Source of the DNA: an uncultured cyanobacterium
Lineage (GTDB): Bacteria; Cyanobacteriota; Cyanobacteriia; Cyanobacteriales; Microcystaceae
Assembly (NCBI GenBank): GCA_963807635.1
Contig: CAWEDJ010000069.1
Location: 1 to 64,000, forward strand
Reading direction: 5' to 3'
Length of the DNA: 64,000 nt
Shown here: piece after piece, positions 1-10,890 of the stretch
Layout of the letters: each line of letters opens with the position of its first letter
Position numbering within the stretch: the first letter of the stretch is position 1
Translations under genes and position numbers: made by a program
The notes under the pieces: model-generated
What the model was told of the DNA's origin: nothing
Database searches by the model: none
What the model saw: only the letters and a program-made list of their open reading frames with translations

Positions 1-847
1 TATGTAGTTTTTTGCTTTTGGGCATCCCCCCACGAGGGATTGGACGATTCAATCTCAGTTGGTTTTAGTTATTTTGCCGGATGTTTGCTTGTTCAAGTGG
101 TCATGATGAGATTAGTCCGATCGCGTTGGAGTTTCCAGGGAGTTGATTTGAATTTAGTGGAATCCTCTACTGGAATGCCTATGAGTCAACAATGGTTTGA
201 TTTTAGTTTATTGAAAAGTGCTTTGATTACGGGCTTAGGGCTTTGTTTATTGTTACGGGCAAATCATTTCTCGACGATGTTATTGGCTGCGGGATTGGCG
301 ATCGCGAGTAAATTTATCTTTCGAGTACGGGGAAAACATTTTTTTAATCCAGCTAATTTTGGCATTATTGCGTCCTTAATCCTAACCAAAGATGCTTGGA
401 TTTGCGAGGACAGTGGGGAACGGATTGGTGGTATTTAGCCTTATTTTTGGCGACGGGTGGATTAGTTCTTAAAAAAGTAGGGAGATGGGAAACTTCAGCC
501 GTTTTTTTAGGAGTGTATGCCAGCTTGGAAGCGGTGCGGAATATTTGGCTGGGATGGGATAGCGAAGTTTTATTGCATCATTTGAGTAGTGGTAGTCTAT
601 TGGTTTTGCCCTATTTATGTTGACCGATCCTCGTTCGATTCCAAATGCAATCAAAGGGCGAATTATCTGGGCGATTAGTATTGCTGTCCTAACATTTATT
701 TTGCAATATACCCTTTATTTACAGACAGCGATATTTTGGGCCTTATTTTGTTTATCACCTTTGACTATTTTATTGGACTCTCAATATTTTTTCCCGCGTT
801 TTACTTGGCAGAAATCTAATGTTTTATCACCCCAATTAATTCCTTAG
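1..847 (+). CDS. RnfD/NqrB-like integral membrane protein (5' partial; split over 3 ORFs by probable sequencing frameshifts)
   Basis: ORFs 40-438, 396-623 and 617-847 carry consecutive RnfD/NqrB-type motifs (SALITGLGL, KHFFNPANFG, FMLTDPRS) in hydrophobic helices. Confidence 0.7.
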
Positions 848-976
848 TTAATCCAAAAAACGGTTACTTAAAAAGTTCAACTAAGTCTTGCAAAATATTT
901 CTCTCCGACTCAACATGATCCTAAAAAATATGCTGAAAATCCTAGTCTTTTTACAAGAAGAATAACGGTTATTAAT

Positions 977-2302
977 TTGTCTATTCGCAAATCATTTATA
1001 GCGTTATGTCTAACTTTTTTGAGTTTCTTTTCCCTAATCCAACCCGCTTGGGCTTTTTGTGGTTTTTATGTGGGAAAAGCCGATACTAGTCTTTATAATC
1101 AGGCTTCCCAAGTCATTATTGCAAGGGATAAACAACGCACGATTTTAACAATGGCCAACGATTACCAAGGCAGTGCTAAAGATTTTGCCCTCGTTGTTCC
1201 CGTTCCCGTCATTCTCAAAAAAGAACAAGTCCAAATCGGCGATCGCAAAATCATTGAAAGATTAGATGCCTTTAGTGCGCCTCGCTTAGTGGAATATTTT
1301 GATACTAATCCCTGTGATACTCGGATGTATGAATCTTTTGATGCGGCCCCTGCGGCTCCCAGTGCCAGTGGGATAAGCGGTAATAGAATGTCTCGTAAAG
1401 CGAAGGATTTAGGTGTCACAATTGAGGAAAAATTTTCTGTTGGAGAATACGATATTTTGATTCTCAGCGCAAAAGAATCCAATGGTCTTGAAACCTGGTT
1501 AATTCAAAATGATTATAAAATTCCATCGGGAGCAAACGCAGTTTTAAAACCCTATATTAAGCAAGGATTAAAATTCTTTGTCGCTAAAGTTAATTTACAA
1601 GCATATGCTAAAAATGAGTTTCAAGCTTTGCGCCCTTTAATGATGGCCTATGAATCTTCTAAATTCATGTTACCGATTCGGCTAGGAATGTTAAATGCTA
1701 GAGGAGATCAGGATTTAATTGTTTATTTGCTTTCTCCTCAAGGTGCAATAGAATTAACGAATTATCGTACTGTTAAAGTTCCTAGTGACATTGAATTACC
1801 CGAATTTGTCCAACAGGAATTTAATGGTTTTTATAAGGCAATGTTTAAAAATGCCTATCAGCGATCGGGTCGCAATGTTGCGTTTTTGGAATATGCCTGG
1901 AATATGGCGAATTGTGATCCCTGTTCTGCTGATCCTCTCAATCCTGAAGAACTTAAAAAAGCAGGTGTTTTTTGGATGGATAGTCCCTATGCGTCTAATG
2001 TGTTTATTAGTCGTCTTCATCTTCGTTATAGCCGAGAAAAATTTCCTGAAGATTTAAAATTTCAAACAACGGCTAATCAAAATACCTTTCAAGGGCGTTA
2101 TGTGATGCGTCGTCCCTATCGAGGAGAAATGTCTTGTTCGGCGGCGCAAAATTATAAACAAACGGTGAAGCAACGTCAGGAAAAAGAAGCTCAGACGTTA
2201 GCAAAGTTAACAGGTTGGAAAATTGAAGATATTCGTAAAAGAATTGATTTTCTAGCGGCGGAAAACTTACCTTGGTGGCGGAATATTTGGCCGTCTAAAT
2301 AG
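977..2302 (+). CDS. DUF2330 domain secreted protein
   Basis: Signal peptide followed by AFCGFYV, DFALVVPVP, FMLPIRLG, EYAW..CDPC and RLH motifs typical of DUF2330. Confidence 0.8.
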   Translation: MSIRKSFIALCLTFLSFFSLIQPAWAFCGFYVGKADTSLYNQASQVIIARDKQRTILTMANDYQGSAKDFALVVPVPVILKKEQVQIGDRKIIERLDAFSAPRLVEYFDTNPCDTRMYESFDAAPAAPSASGISGNRMSRKAKDLGVTIEEKFSVGEYDILILSAKESNGLETWLIQNDYKIPSGANAVLKPYIKQGLKFFVAKVNLQAYAKNEFQALRPLMMAYESSKFMLPIRLGMLNARGDQDLIVYLLSPQGAIELTNYRTVKVPSDIELPEFVQQEFNGFYKAMFKNAYQRSGRNVAFLEYAWNMANCDPCSADPLNPEELKKAGVFWMDSPYASNVFISRLHLRYSREKFPEDLKFQTTANQNTFQGRYVMRRPYRGEMSCSAAQNYKQTVKQRQEKEAQTLAKLTGWKIEDIRKRIDFLAAENLPWWRNIWPSK

Positions 2303-2408
2303 TTGCTTCAGTTCAATCTTGATACAGCGATTGCCTTCCTATTAAAATGAAATTATTGCCCAGTAGAAAAAATGTAAATCACATTAAAACCAGGTTACGA
2401 GATATAAT

Positions 2409-2660
2409 ATGAGCAAGAAATATAAGATTTTGAAACAAGCCCTATCTGGTTCCAAAAATATCAGCTTTAATGATGCTGTTTTACTAATTAAAGCTTTTGG
2501 ATTTATTCTGTCTCGTATTAATGGTAGTCATCATATTTTTATTCATCCTAAAATCCCTGAATTGGTTAATATTCAAAATGTTAAAGGACAAACAAAGCCT
2601 TATCAAGTACGACAATTTTTAAGTTTAATTGAAAAATACAATCTAAGATTAGAGGACTAA
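2409..2660 (+). CDS. hicA: HicA-family toxin (mRNA interferase)
   Basis: 83 aa, basic, GF..RINGSHHIF motif, KPYQVRQ; directly upstream of a hicB-like gene. Confidence 0.85.
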   Translation: MSKKYKILKQALSGSKNISFNDAVLLIKAFGFILSRINGSHHIFIHPKIPELVNIQNVKGQTKPYQVRQFLSLIEKYNLRLED

Positions 2661-2662
2661 AG

Positions 2663-2889
2663 ATGAAAGACTATCATATCAATATTTTCTACAGTGAAGA
2701 TGACGGGGGTTATATCGCTGACATTCCCGATTTAAGTTATTGTTCGGCTTTTGGTGAAACTCCTGCCCAAGCGTTACATGAAGTAGAAATGGCGAAAGAT
2801 GCCTGGTCAGAAGCCGCGAATTAGAGGGTAAACCCATTCCGTTTCCTTCCTATCGGCCCGTCATTTATCAAGTCAGAACTGCTTCTTAA
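2663..2889 (+). CDS. hicB: HicB-family antitoxin (one frameshift near 2820)
   Basis: Read by eye: MKDYHINIFYSEDDGGYIADIPDLSYCSAFGETPAQALHEV...; continues as LEGKPIP.PSYRPVIYQ after a 1-nt shift. Confidence 0.8.
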
Positions 2890-2912
2890 AAACGCGATCG
2901 CTCTCACAATTT

Positions 2913-5818
2913 CTAAAAACTGCGATCACGGATAATCCATTTCACCGCTTTGTCCCGACTCGCGGAAGCCAAGGTTTTACTATCGGGGAAATAACTCACA
3001 CTATTGACCGCAGATTGATGCCCGTTGAGGGTTTGGAGTAATTGTCCTGTGCCTACGTCCCACAATTTTACCGTTCCGTCAAAACTCGCGGTCGCCAAGG
3101 TTTTGCTATCGGGGGAATAACTCACACTCCACGCCGCATATTGATTCCCTCCCAAGGTTCGGAGTATTTTTCCCGTGCCTACGTCCCACAATTTTACCGT
3201 ATTGTCAGCACTCGTGGTCGCAAAGGTTTTGCTATCGGGGGAATAACTCACACTAGTGACTCTATTTTGCTCCTCTCCCAAGGTTTGGAGTTCTTTTCCC
3301 GTGCCTACGTCCCACAAATTTACCGTATCGTCATCACTAATGTTAGCACTCGTAGTCGCCAAGGTTTTGCCATCGGGGGCATAACTCACACTATTGACCC
3401 AAAGTTCACTCACTTTCAAGGTTCGGAGTACTTTTCCCATGCCTACGTCCCACAATTGTACTGTTCCGAACCCACCCGCGGGAAGCCAAGGTTTTACCAT
3501 CGGGGGAATAACTCACACTATTAACATTACTGACCGCATATTGATTCCCTCCCAAGGTTCGGAGTATTTTTCCCGTGCCTACGTCCCACAATTTTACCGT
3601 ATTGTCAGCACTCGTGGTCGCCAAGGTTTTGCTATCTGGAGAATAACTCACACTTATGGACCCATCTAAATCCCATTCCAATGTTAGGAGTACTTTTCCC
3701 GTGCCTAAGTCCCACAATTTTACCGTTTTTACCGTTTTGCCAACACTCGTGGTCGCCAAGGTTTTGCCATCGGGGGCATAAATCACACTCCAGACCTCAG
3801 ATTGATTCCCCTCCAAGGTTCGGAGTAATTTGCCCGTGTCTACGTCCCACAATGTTACCGTTCCGTCCTGACTCGCGGAAGCCAAGGTTTTGCCATCGGG
3901 AGCATAACTTACACTATTGACCACAGATTGATGCCCTTCCAAGGTGCGGAATACTTTTCCCGTGCCTACGTCCCACAATATTACTGTTATGCCCCCGCTC
4001 GTGGTCGCCAAGGTCTTGCCATCGGGGGCATAACTCATACTTCTAACCGCAGATTGATACCCTTCCAAGGTTCGCAGCACTTTCCCCGTGCCTACGTCCC
4101 ACAATGTTACCGTATTGTCGAACCCACTCGCGGAAGCCAAGGTTTTGCCATCAGGGGCATAACTCATACCCATGACCCAGGTTGATCTCCTTCCAATGTT
4201 CGGAGTAATTTGCCCGTGCTTACGTCCCACAACGTTACCGTATTGTCGTACCCATTCGCGGAAGCCAAGGTTTTGCCATCGGGGGCATAACTCACACGAT
4301 AGACCGAATCTTGATCTCCTTCCAAGGTTCGGAGTAATTTGCCCGTACCTACGTCCCACAATTTTATCGTTCCGTTTCCACTCGCAGCAGCCAAGGTTTT
4401 GCCATCGGGGGCATAACTCACACTATTGACCCCAAGTTCATTCACTTTCAAGGTTCGGAGTACTTTGCCCGTGCCTACGTCCCACAATTTTACCGTTCCG
4501 TCCCCACTCGCAGCAGCCAAGGTTTTGCCATCGGGGGCATAACTCACACTGTTGACCGCAAGTTCATTCACTTTCAAGGTTCGGAGTACTTTGCCCGTGC
4601 CTACGTCCCACAATTTTATCGTGCTGTCCCGACTCGCGGAAGCCAAGGTTTTGCCATCGGGGGCATAACTCATACTATAGACCGCAGATTGATGCCCTTC
4701 CAAGGTTCGGAGTAATTTTCCCGTGCCTACGTCCCACAATTTTATCGTTCTGTCCCGACTCGCAGAAGCCAAGGTTTTGCCATCGGGTGCATAACTCACA
4801 CTATTGACCTCAGATTGATGCCCTTCCAAGGTTCGGAGTACTTTGCCCGTGCCTACGTCCCACAATTTTACCGTTCTGTCCCGACTCGCAGAAGCCAAGG
4901 TTTTGCCATCGGGGCCATAACTCACACTATAGCCCGCAGATTGATGCCCTTCGAGGCGATTTTTTTCATTAACTTCCGTTGCCCCCACCTGAATATTGGT
5001 ATTTTCTAAATTATTTTGCGCTTCTATTGTTTTAAGCTCTGCACAACCAATTGCTGTCCTGCACCAACAATGGTAATCCCTAAAAAAATTAACCCTCGGC
5101 GAACAATTTGTTTTTGTTGTGTCTTCGCTTCGGCAACGTTTTGATTCGATTTTTCTATTTTTACTTCTGGTTTTTCCTTTGCTTTCTCCAAAATTAAAAC
5201 AGCCTGATGCTTTGCATATTCCATCTCACGGCTTGTTTTAAGGTAATTTATCTGTAACGCTGTTGGTTTTGGATCTTTATCCTCTGTGGCTTTTAACCAC
5301 TTCTCCCCATCACCTAACTCTTCACCGCGTAACAAAAATCCTTCTTTTCGTGCTTCGTTATCCCACTTCAAGGCTCGAACCAATACGTGGGTATGACCCT
5401 TAACATGGGCTATATCCAGATTCAGCGCATCGATCAACTCTTTAAACGATTGGTCAAAATTATCCGTATCCCGAAAAAATAACCAATTATGACTACTGAT
5501 CGCTTGATGAGCAGGATTTTCTTTCTCTAAAAGCTCGTAGGCATCTCGATACACAATCGGCAAAATCTGTTTATTGTACTTGACGGCGTGGTTAATCTCA
5601 TCCTGACAGACCTTAGAAGCCACAGAATCAGGACTAATCACAAAAACAAACGTATCAGCCCCTTCGATCCCCGATTCAATCTCCTTCCAGCATTCAGTTC
5701 CCTTGGCAATCCCTTCCCAATCAACCCAGGTTTCACGATTACTATTTTCCAAAGCCTCATACAAAATACGCACAAACTCTGAATTTTTACGAGAATAGGA
5801 AATAAAAACGTCAGACAT
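2913..5818 (-). CDS. TIR domain - transmembrane - WD40 repeat protein (split by ~3 frameshifts)
   Basis: N-terminal DVFISYSRKN...SPDSVASKVCQDEI TIR_2 domain, LLRGEEL helical region, hydrophobic segment, then ~16 WD40 repeats (VSYAPDGKTLASAS.D.TVKLWDV) in ORFs 4164-4988, 3406-4359 and 2913-3500. Confidence 0.85.
2940..4950 (-). repeat. Tandem ~126-bp coding repeats (WD40), ~16 units with high nucleotide identity
   Basis: Recurrent gtgcctacgtcccacaattttaccg and ccaaggttttgccatcgggggcataactcaca blocks at ~126-bp spacing. Confidence 0.95.
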
Positions 5819-5920
5819 GGCTTTTGCGGTTGAGTCAATTGATCAATTAGATCATAGAGCATTTTTAGATAAATTTCCCATAATTAATTAAATCAATGAC
5901 AAATTGTATTCACGAGTCCC

Positions 5921-6184
5921 CTAGTTAGTTGCTTCTTTCACCATTACAACTGTTTCCTCTACTTTTTTCACCACATCAACCTTAGTCTCTATCTCTACCG
6001 TCTTACGAACCTGACCATCATTGCTCTTTTGTTGCTTGGATAAACGCTCCTCATCTGCCTTATACAGATCCGTCATCGCATCCTTCATTTCTTGCACCCA
6101 ACCCGTCGTTTTTGCCTAGATCACCTTCTCTGAACTTTCTACCAACTTCCCAATATTTTTACGATCAGCCTCTACAGTGAGGAC
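5921..6184 (-). pseudogene. Degraded ORF remnant (charged, helical) with an internal stop
   Basis: Minus strand reads VLTVEADRKNIGKLVESSEKVI*AKTTGWVQEMKDAM...VKEATN* with coding-like composition; no family recognised. Confidence 0.35.
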
Positions 6185-6415
6185 TTGCGCGGTTTGTCTA
6201 TTCTTAAAAACGATGGGAAAACTAGATTACATCAGAAAAAAGGTCAAAAAAAAGCAATCAGACTTGTTGGCTAAAGACGATCAACGGGAACTATTTTGTT
6301 TCCTATTCTTGCAAATATTTCGATTTCTGGGGAATTACGCGATCGCCTTTTGTCTAAATGGCCACTGCCCAATGATTTCTGGGGATCAATTCTGTTAACG
6401 TTGATCTTATAAGGA

Positions 6416-6496
6416 TGCGGACGGAGAGACTCGAACTCTCACATCAAGGATACTAGAACCTAAATCTAGCGCGTCTACCAATTCCGCCACGTCCGC
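6416..6496 (-). tRNA. trnL: tRNA-Leu(TAG)
   Basis: GCGGACGTGGCGGAATTGGTAGACGCGCTAGATTTAGGTTCTAG...GTTCGAGTCTCTCCGTCCGCA cloverleaf, anticodon TAG, long variable arm. Confidence 0.97.
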
Positions 6497-6543
6497 TTAG
6501 ACTTACTATCCTATCAGAAGATTGCTCTTGTTCAAAATTTATT

Positions 6544-7464
6544 ATGATTAATTCCGTTCCGTCCTTGCTGAACCCACCTCCAACGACGGCGATCCAGATT
6601 GCGGTGATAGGAGATATTCATGATCAATGGGAACTCACTGATAACCTGATCTTACAAGCCTTGAATATTGATTTAGTGCTATTTGTCGGGGATTTGGGTA
6701 ATGAGTCGGTGGCGATCGCGGCTTTAATTGCGGATTTAGCCATCCCGAAAGCGGTTATTCTCGGCAACCATGACGCTTATTACAGTGCATCGGACTGGGG
6801 ACGGAAACTCTCTCCCTACGATCATCGCCAAGAAGACCGCGTGACCGAACAACTCAAACTCCTGGGAGAAACCCATGTAGGCTACGGCAAACTGGATTTT
6901 CCGCAGTTTCAATTGTCAGTGGTCGGCAGTCGTCCCTTTAGTTGGGGCGGGGCAGAGTGGAAAAATCGCACCTTTCTTCGCGATCGCTATGGTGTAAGTA
7001 ATTTTAGGGAATCGACCGAAACCATCACCAAGGCGGTTAAAGATACAGCCTATGAAACGGTGATTTTTTTAGGACACAACGGCCCCTTGGGATTAGGAAA
7101 TCAGGCAGAAGATATTTGTGGTAGGGATTGGAAACCCTTGGGCGGTGATCACGGTGATCCTGATTTTGCTGAAGCGATCGCCTGGAGCCAGAATTTAGGC
7201 AAACACATTCCCTTAGTCACCTTTGGCCATATGCACCACAGCTTGCGCCATACCAAAGCTCAATTACGAACGAGGGTAATGCAGGACGCAAAAGGCACGG
7301 TTTATCTCAATGCGGCGGCAGTTCCTCGCATTATTAACCACAACGGCGATCGTCACAGAAATTTTTCCATTGTCACCCTAGAAAACGGTAATATTAGGGA
7401 CATTTCTCTAATTTGGGTCGATCAAAACTTTCAGATTGCCAATCAAGAGTCCTTGTATTCCTAA
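6544..7464 (+). CDS. Calcineurin-like metallophosphoesterase (TIGR04168-like)
   Basis: GDIHD, GDLG, GNHD, H and GHMH metal-binding motifs. Confidence 0.85.
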   Translation: MINSVPSLLNPPPTTAIQIAVIGDIHDQWELTDNLILQALNIDLVLFVGDLGNESVAIAALIADLAIPKAVILGNHDAYYSASDWGRKLSPYDHRQEDRVTEQLKLLGETHVGYGKLDFPQFQLSVVGSRPFSWGGAEWKNRTFLRDRYGVSNFRESTETITKAVKDTAYETVIFLGHNGPLGLGNQAEDICGRDWKPLGGDHGDPDFAEAIAWSQNLGKHIPLVTFGHMHHSLRHTKAQLRTRVMQDAKGTVYLNAAAVPRIINHNGDRHRNFSIVTLENGNIRDISLIWVDQNFQIANQESLYS

Positions 7465-7493
7465 TATGCTAAACTTTAAAATGATTAAACTCT

Positions 7494-7578
7494 GGAGAGG
7501 TGGCAGAGTGGTCGATCGCATCCGACTTGAAATCGGAAGACTAGCAATAGTCCGGAGGTTCAAATCCTCTCCTCTCCG
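7494..7578 (+). tRNA. trnS: tRNA-Ser(TGA)
   Basis: GGAGAGGTGGCAGAGTGGTCGATCGCATCCGACTTGAAATCGGA...GGTTCAAATCCTCTCCTCTCCG, anticodon TGA. Confidence 0.96.
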
Positions 7579-7772
7579 TTTTTCCCATTAAATAAAGTTA
7601 TCTGCTAAATAAACGGGCTTTTTAGGGAATTATTAATAACTTTTACCATCCTGTCGGAGTGCGTTGTGGTCAGTGAGTTTATTTTAAGATAGAAGCTGGG
7701 TTTCTCCGTCTGACACTCTACGAAGTTGGAAAACCCCCACTCATAAAAATTTTTATCAAAACCAGTGACCTA

Positions 7773-9518
7773 ATGGCAACCTCTCGACTTCGGAATCTCT
7801 ATAATTATCTTGTTCCCCATTGGAAAATGGTCGGTTGGGGAGTATTAACCTTATTTATTGTTAATGCGGTGGGGGTTTATATTCCCCTCTTAATTCGGGA
7901 TAGTATTGATGACCTTAAAGCATCTTTTACCTTTGATCAAGTTATTCATTATGTTATTTTAATTTTTGTCCTAGCCTCGGTTATGTGGGCATTGAGAATG
8001 CTCTCACGGATTGCAATTTTTGGCGTAGGTCGTCAGGTGGAATACGGCCTCAAACAAGGCATTTTTCAACATTTATTAACCCTAGAACCCGCTTATTTTT
8101 CCATTAATACATCGGGAGACTTGATCAATCGGGCAACCAGCGATGTGGATAATATTCGTCGTTTAGTAGGATTTGCAGTTTTGAGTTTAGTCAATACGTT
8201 TTTTGCCTATACCTTGACCTTGCCTGCGATGCTGGCCATTCATATTCCCCTAAGTTTAATGGCGATCGCGGTTTATCCCGTAATGTTGATGAGTGTCCAA
8301 TTATTTAGTGGACAATTGCGGGATCAACAAATGGAAGTTCAAGAAAAATTGTCGGATTTGAGTGAACTGATTCAAGAGGATATGAGTGGCATTAGTTTAA
8401 TTAAAATCTATGCTCAGGAAGAAAATGAACGTAATGCCTTTAGAGAAAAAAATCGAGCTTTACTAAATGCCAATTTAAAACTTGCCAGAACCAGAAATTT
8501 AACCTTTCCGATTATTGAAGGATTGTCTTATATCAGTCTTTTATTATTATTAGCCTTTGGAACTGCCGCGATTCAAAAAGGTGAAATTAGTGTAGGGGAT
8601 TTCATCGCCCTTATTATCTTAGTAGAACGTCTGGTTTTTCCGACCGCTTTATTAGGATTTACTATTACCGCCTATCAACGGGGAGAAGTCAGTATCGATC
8701 GCGTGGAAGCCATTTTTCAAGCCCAATCAAAAATTCACAATGATCCTAATCCCGTTATTTTAAATAGTGATTCTATTCAAGGAAAAATTACCGCATCCCA
8801 TCTTTCCTACTCCTATCCTGACAGTCAGGTTCCCGCCCTCAAGGATTTGAATTTTACGATTAATCCAGGGGAAATGGTTGCTATTGTTGGGCCGATCGGT
8901 TGCGGAAAATCAACTTTAGCAAATGCCTTACCCCGTTTATTAGATATCGCACCAGGTCAATTATTTTTAGATGGTATTGATATTACTCAAATTTCTCTAG
9001 AAAATCTGAGAAAGGCGATCGCCTACGTTCCCCAGGATAGTTTCTTGTTTAGTACCACCATTCAAAATAATATTCGTTATGGTGATCCCCAAAAAGAAGA
9101 AATCTATGTAGAAAAAGCGGCGAAACAAGCCTATATTGACTCGGAAATTCAGTATTTTCCTCAAAAATATGAAACCCTGGTGGGAGAGCGCGGAATTACT
9201 CTCTCAGGTGGTCAACGACAACGGACTTCTTTAGCGAGAGCCTTGATGTTAGATGCGCCGATTTTGATCTTGGATGATGCTTTGTCGAGTGTAGATAATC
9301 AAACTGCTACCCAAATTCTTAATCATCTTTCCCAGGAACAACATAAAACGGTGATTTTTATCTCCCACCAACTTTCGGCGGCGGCTCAAACCGATCGCAT
9401 TTTAGTCATGGATCAGGGAATTATTGTGCAGTCAGGAACCCATGAAGAGTTATTAAATCAATCGGGTTTATATCAATCTTTATGGCAACAACATCAACTC
9501 GAAAAAGTGTTGCAATAA
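7773..9518 (+). CDS. ABC exporter, fused permease/ATP-binding protein
   Basis: Six-TM N-domain, Walker [17 protein letters not shown] signature, ILILDD. Confidence 0.92.
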   Translation: MATSRLRNLYNYLVPHWKMVGWGVLTLFIVNAVGVYIPLLIRDSIDDLKASFTFDQVIHYVILIFVLASVMWALRMLSRIAIFGVGRQVEYGLKQGIFQHLLTLEPAYFSINTSGDLINRATSDVDNIRRLVGFAVLSLVNTFFAYTLTLPAMLAIHIPLSLMAIAVYPVMLMSVQLFSGQLRDQQMEVQEKLSDLSELIQEDMSGISLIKIYAQEENERNAFREKNRALLNANLKLARTRNLTFPIIEGLSYISLLLLLAFGTAAIQKGEISVGDFIALIILVERLVFPTALLGFTITAYQRGEVSIDRVEAIFQAQSKIHNDPNPVILNSDSIQGKITASHLSYSYPDSQVPALKDLNFTINPGEMVAIVGPIGCGKSTLANALPRLLDIAPGQLFLDGIDITQISLENLRKAIAYVPQDSFLFSTTIQNNIRYGDPQKEEIYVEKAAKQAYIDSEIQYFPQKYETLVGERGITLSGGQRQRTSLARALMLDAPILILDDALSSVDNQTATQILNHLSQEQHKTVIFISHQLSAAAQTDRILVMDQGIIVQSGTHEELLNQSGLYQSLWQQHQLEKVLQ

Positions 9519-9537
9519 AAATCAACTATTCACTCCC

Positions 9538-10818
9538 TTATTCACTTCGTAAAGCCACGATCGCGTCTAACTTGGCCGCATTACGAGCAGGAACAACGCC
9601 AGCAATTAATCCCACACTAACCGACATCCCCAAGCCCGCCACAATCGATAAAGGAGAAATAACGAGGGGAACTTTCATGATTTTGGTTCCCGTGATCGTA
9701 ATCCCAATACCAACAAAAATTCCAATCATACCACCAACACTAGAAACAACAACGGCTTCTGTGAGAAACTGAGTCAAAATCGCAAAATAACTGGCTCCTA
9801 ATGCTTTTCGTAACCCGATTTCTTTGGTTCTCTCCACAACGGAAACTAACATAATATTCGCAATGCCAATGCCCCCCACGACTAAAGAGATTCCTGCGAT
9901 CGCAACCAATAGTACGGTAAAAAGACTAATTATACTAGTAAAAGTATTGATCACATCGACTTGATTAATAATGCGAAAATCATCCAACTGGGGAGGATAA
10001 ATATTATGGCGCAGACGTAATAAATTAGTTACCTGAAATTGGGCCGCATCGATTTGCGTACTATCCTTTGCCGCAATCCAAAACCCAGAAATGGCAACCC
10101 CAGAAACCGCATTATTCCCCACAATTTGACTAGACATATTACTCAGGGGAATAAAGAGGCGATCGTCCTGATCCGTTGGCCCCACTGCTCCCTTGGGCGG
10201 CATCACTCCAATGACTCGATAAAGTTTATTTTGAATACGAATTTCAGCCCCGATCGCCGATTCTTTACCAAACAATTGATCTCGTACTTTAGTCCCTAAT
10301 ACTGCAACAGAGTTGGCATTATCTAAATCCGTTTGAGTAAAAAATTGTCCCTCCTGGGGATAGGCATCTTTAACATCAGGATAATTTAAATCCGTCCCCA
10401 AAAGAGTCGTTGCAATATTTTGACCGTTATAGACGACTTGAATATTTCCCCGTTGTAAGAAAGCGGTGACTTTTCTCGCGGCGGTAACTTGACGGGCGGA
10501 GGCTTCGGCATCGGCGACGGTTAAGGTAGAAGCTGATCCCCCCCCCTGACTAATTCCCCCGCTACTAGCGGCTCCTGCTAAAACCAAAATCACATCGGAA
10601 CCCAGGGATTGAATCTGTTTTTCAGTCGCTTGTTTGACTCCCTGCCCGATGGAGGTAACCCCCACGACGGAGCTAATACCAATAATAATGCCCAACATCG
10701 TTAAACCCGTTCTGAGTTTATTACTCCAGAGTGAATTCACTGCCATTGTTAGAACTTCAGTGACCAAGGAGCTTTTCGTGAAAGATTCAGGCAAAAATTC
10801 TTTTTTATTTTTCTTCAT
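9538..10818 (-). CDS. MacB/FtsX-family ABC transporter permease
   Basis: LRTGLTMLGIIIG, GGIGIANIMLVSVVERTKEIGLRKALGA, PARNAAKLD motifs. Confidence 0.92.
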   Translation of the reverse strand: MKKNKKEFLPESFTKSSLVTEVLTMAVNSLWSNKLRTGLTMLGIIIGISSVVGVTSIGQGVKQATEKQIQSLGSDVILVLAGAASSGGISQGGGSASTLTVADAEASARQVTAARKVTAFLQRGNIQVVYNGQNIATTLLGTDLNYPDVKDAYPQEGQFFTQTDLDNANSVAVLGTKVRDQLFGKESAIGAEIRIQNKLYRVIGVMPPKGAVGPTDQDDRLFIPLSNMSSQIVGNNAVSGVAISGFWIAAKDSTQIDAAQFQVTNLLRLRHNIYPPQLDDFRIINQVDVINTFTSIISLFTVLLVAIAGISLVVGGIGIANIMLVSVVERTKEIGLRKALGASYFAILTQFLTEAVVVSSVGGMIGIFVGIGITITGTKIMKVPLVISPLSIVAGLGMSVSVGLIAGVVPARNAAKLDAIVALRSE

Positions 10819-10890
10819 GTCTAAATTGAGGAACAGGATTTTTGGAATCAGGGATAAGCACCAGACCGTAGCCATAGCTTCTGTTCCAAT

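Noticed and set aside
3042..4429. Plus-strand ORFs with repeating RAYVPQFYR peptides, and other short overlapping ORFs in the track
   Set aside because: They are antisense or alternate-frame shadows of real genes, with no RBS or family features.
2940..4950. Regularly spaced repeats suggesting a CRISPR array
   Set aside because: The period is ~126 bp, the whole unit is conserved and translates to WD40 repeats; there are no unique spacers or cas genes. The same applies to the TPR arrays at 13855-14990 and ~25750-26250.
7640..7740. Possible structured leader or riboswitch before the ABC exporter
   Set aside because: Only weak hairpins are visible and no known riboswitch consensus was recognised.
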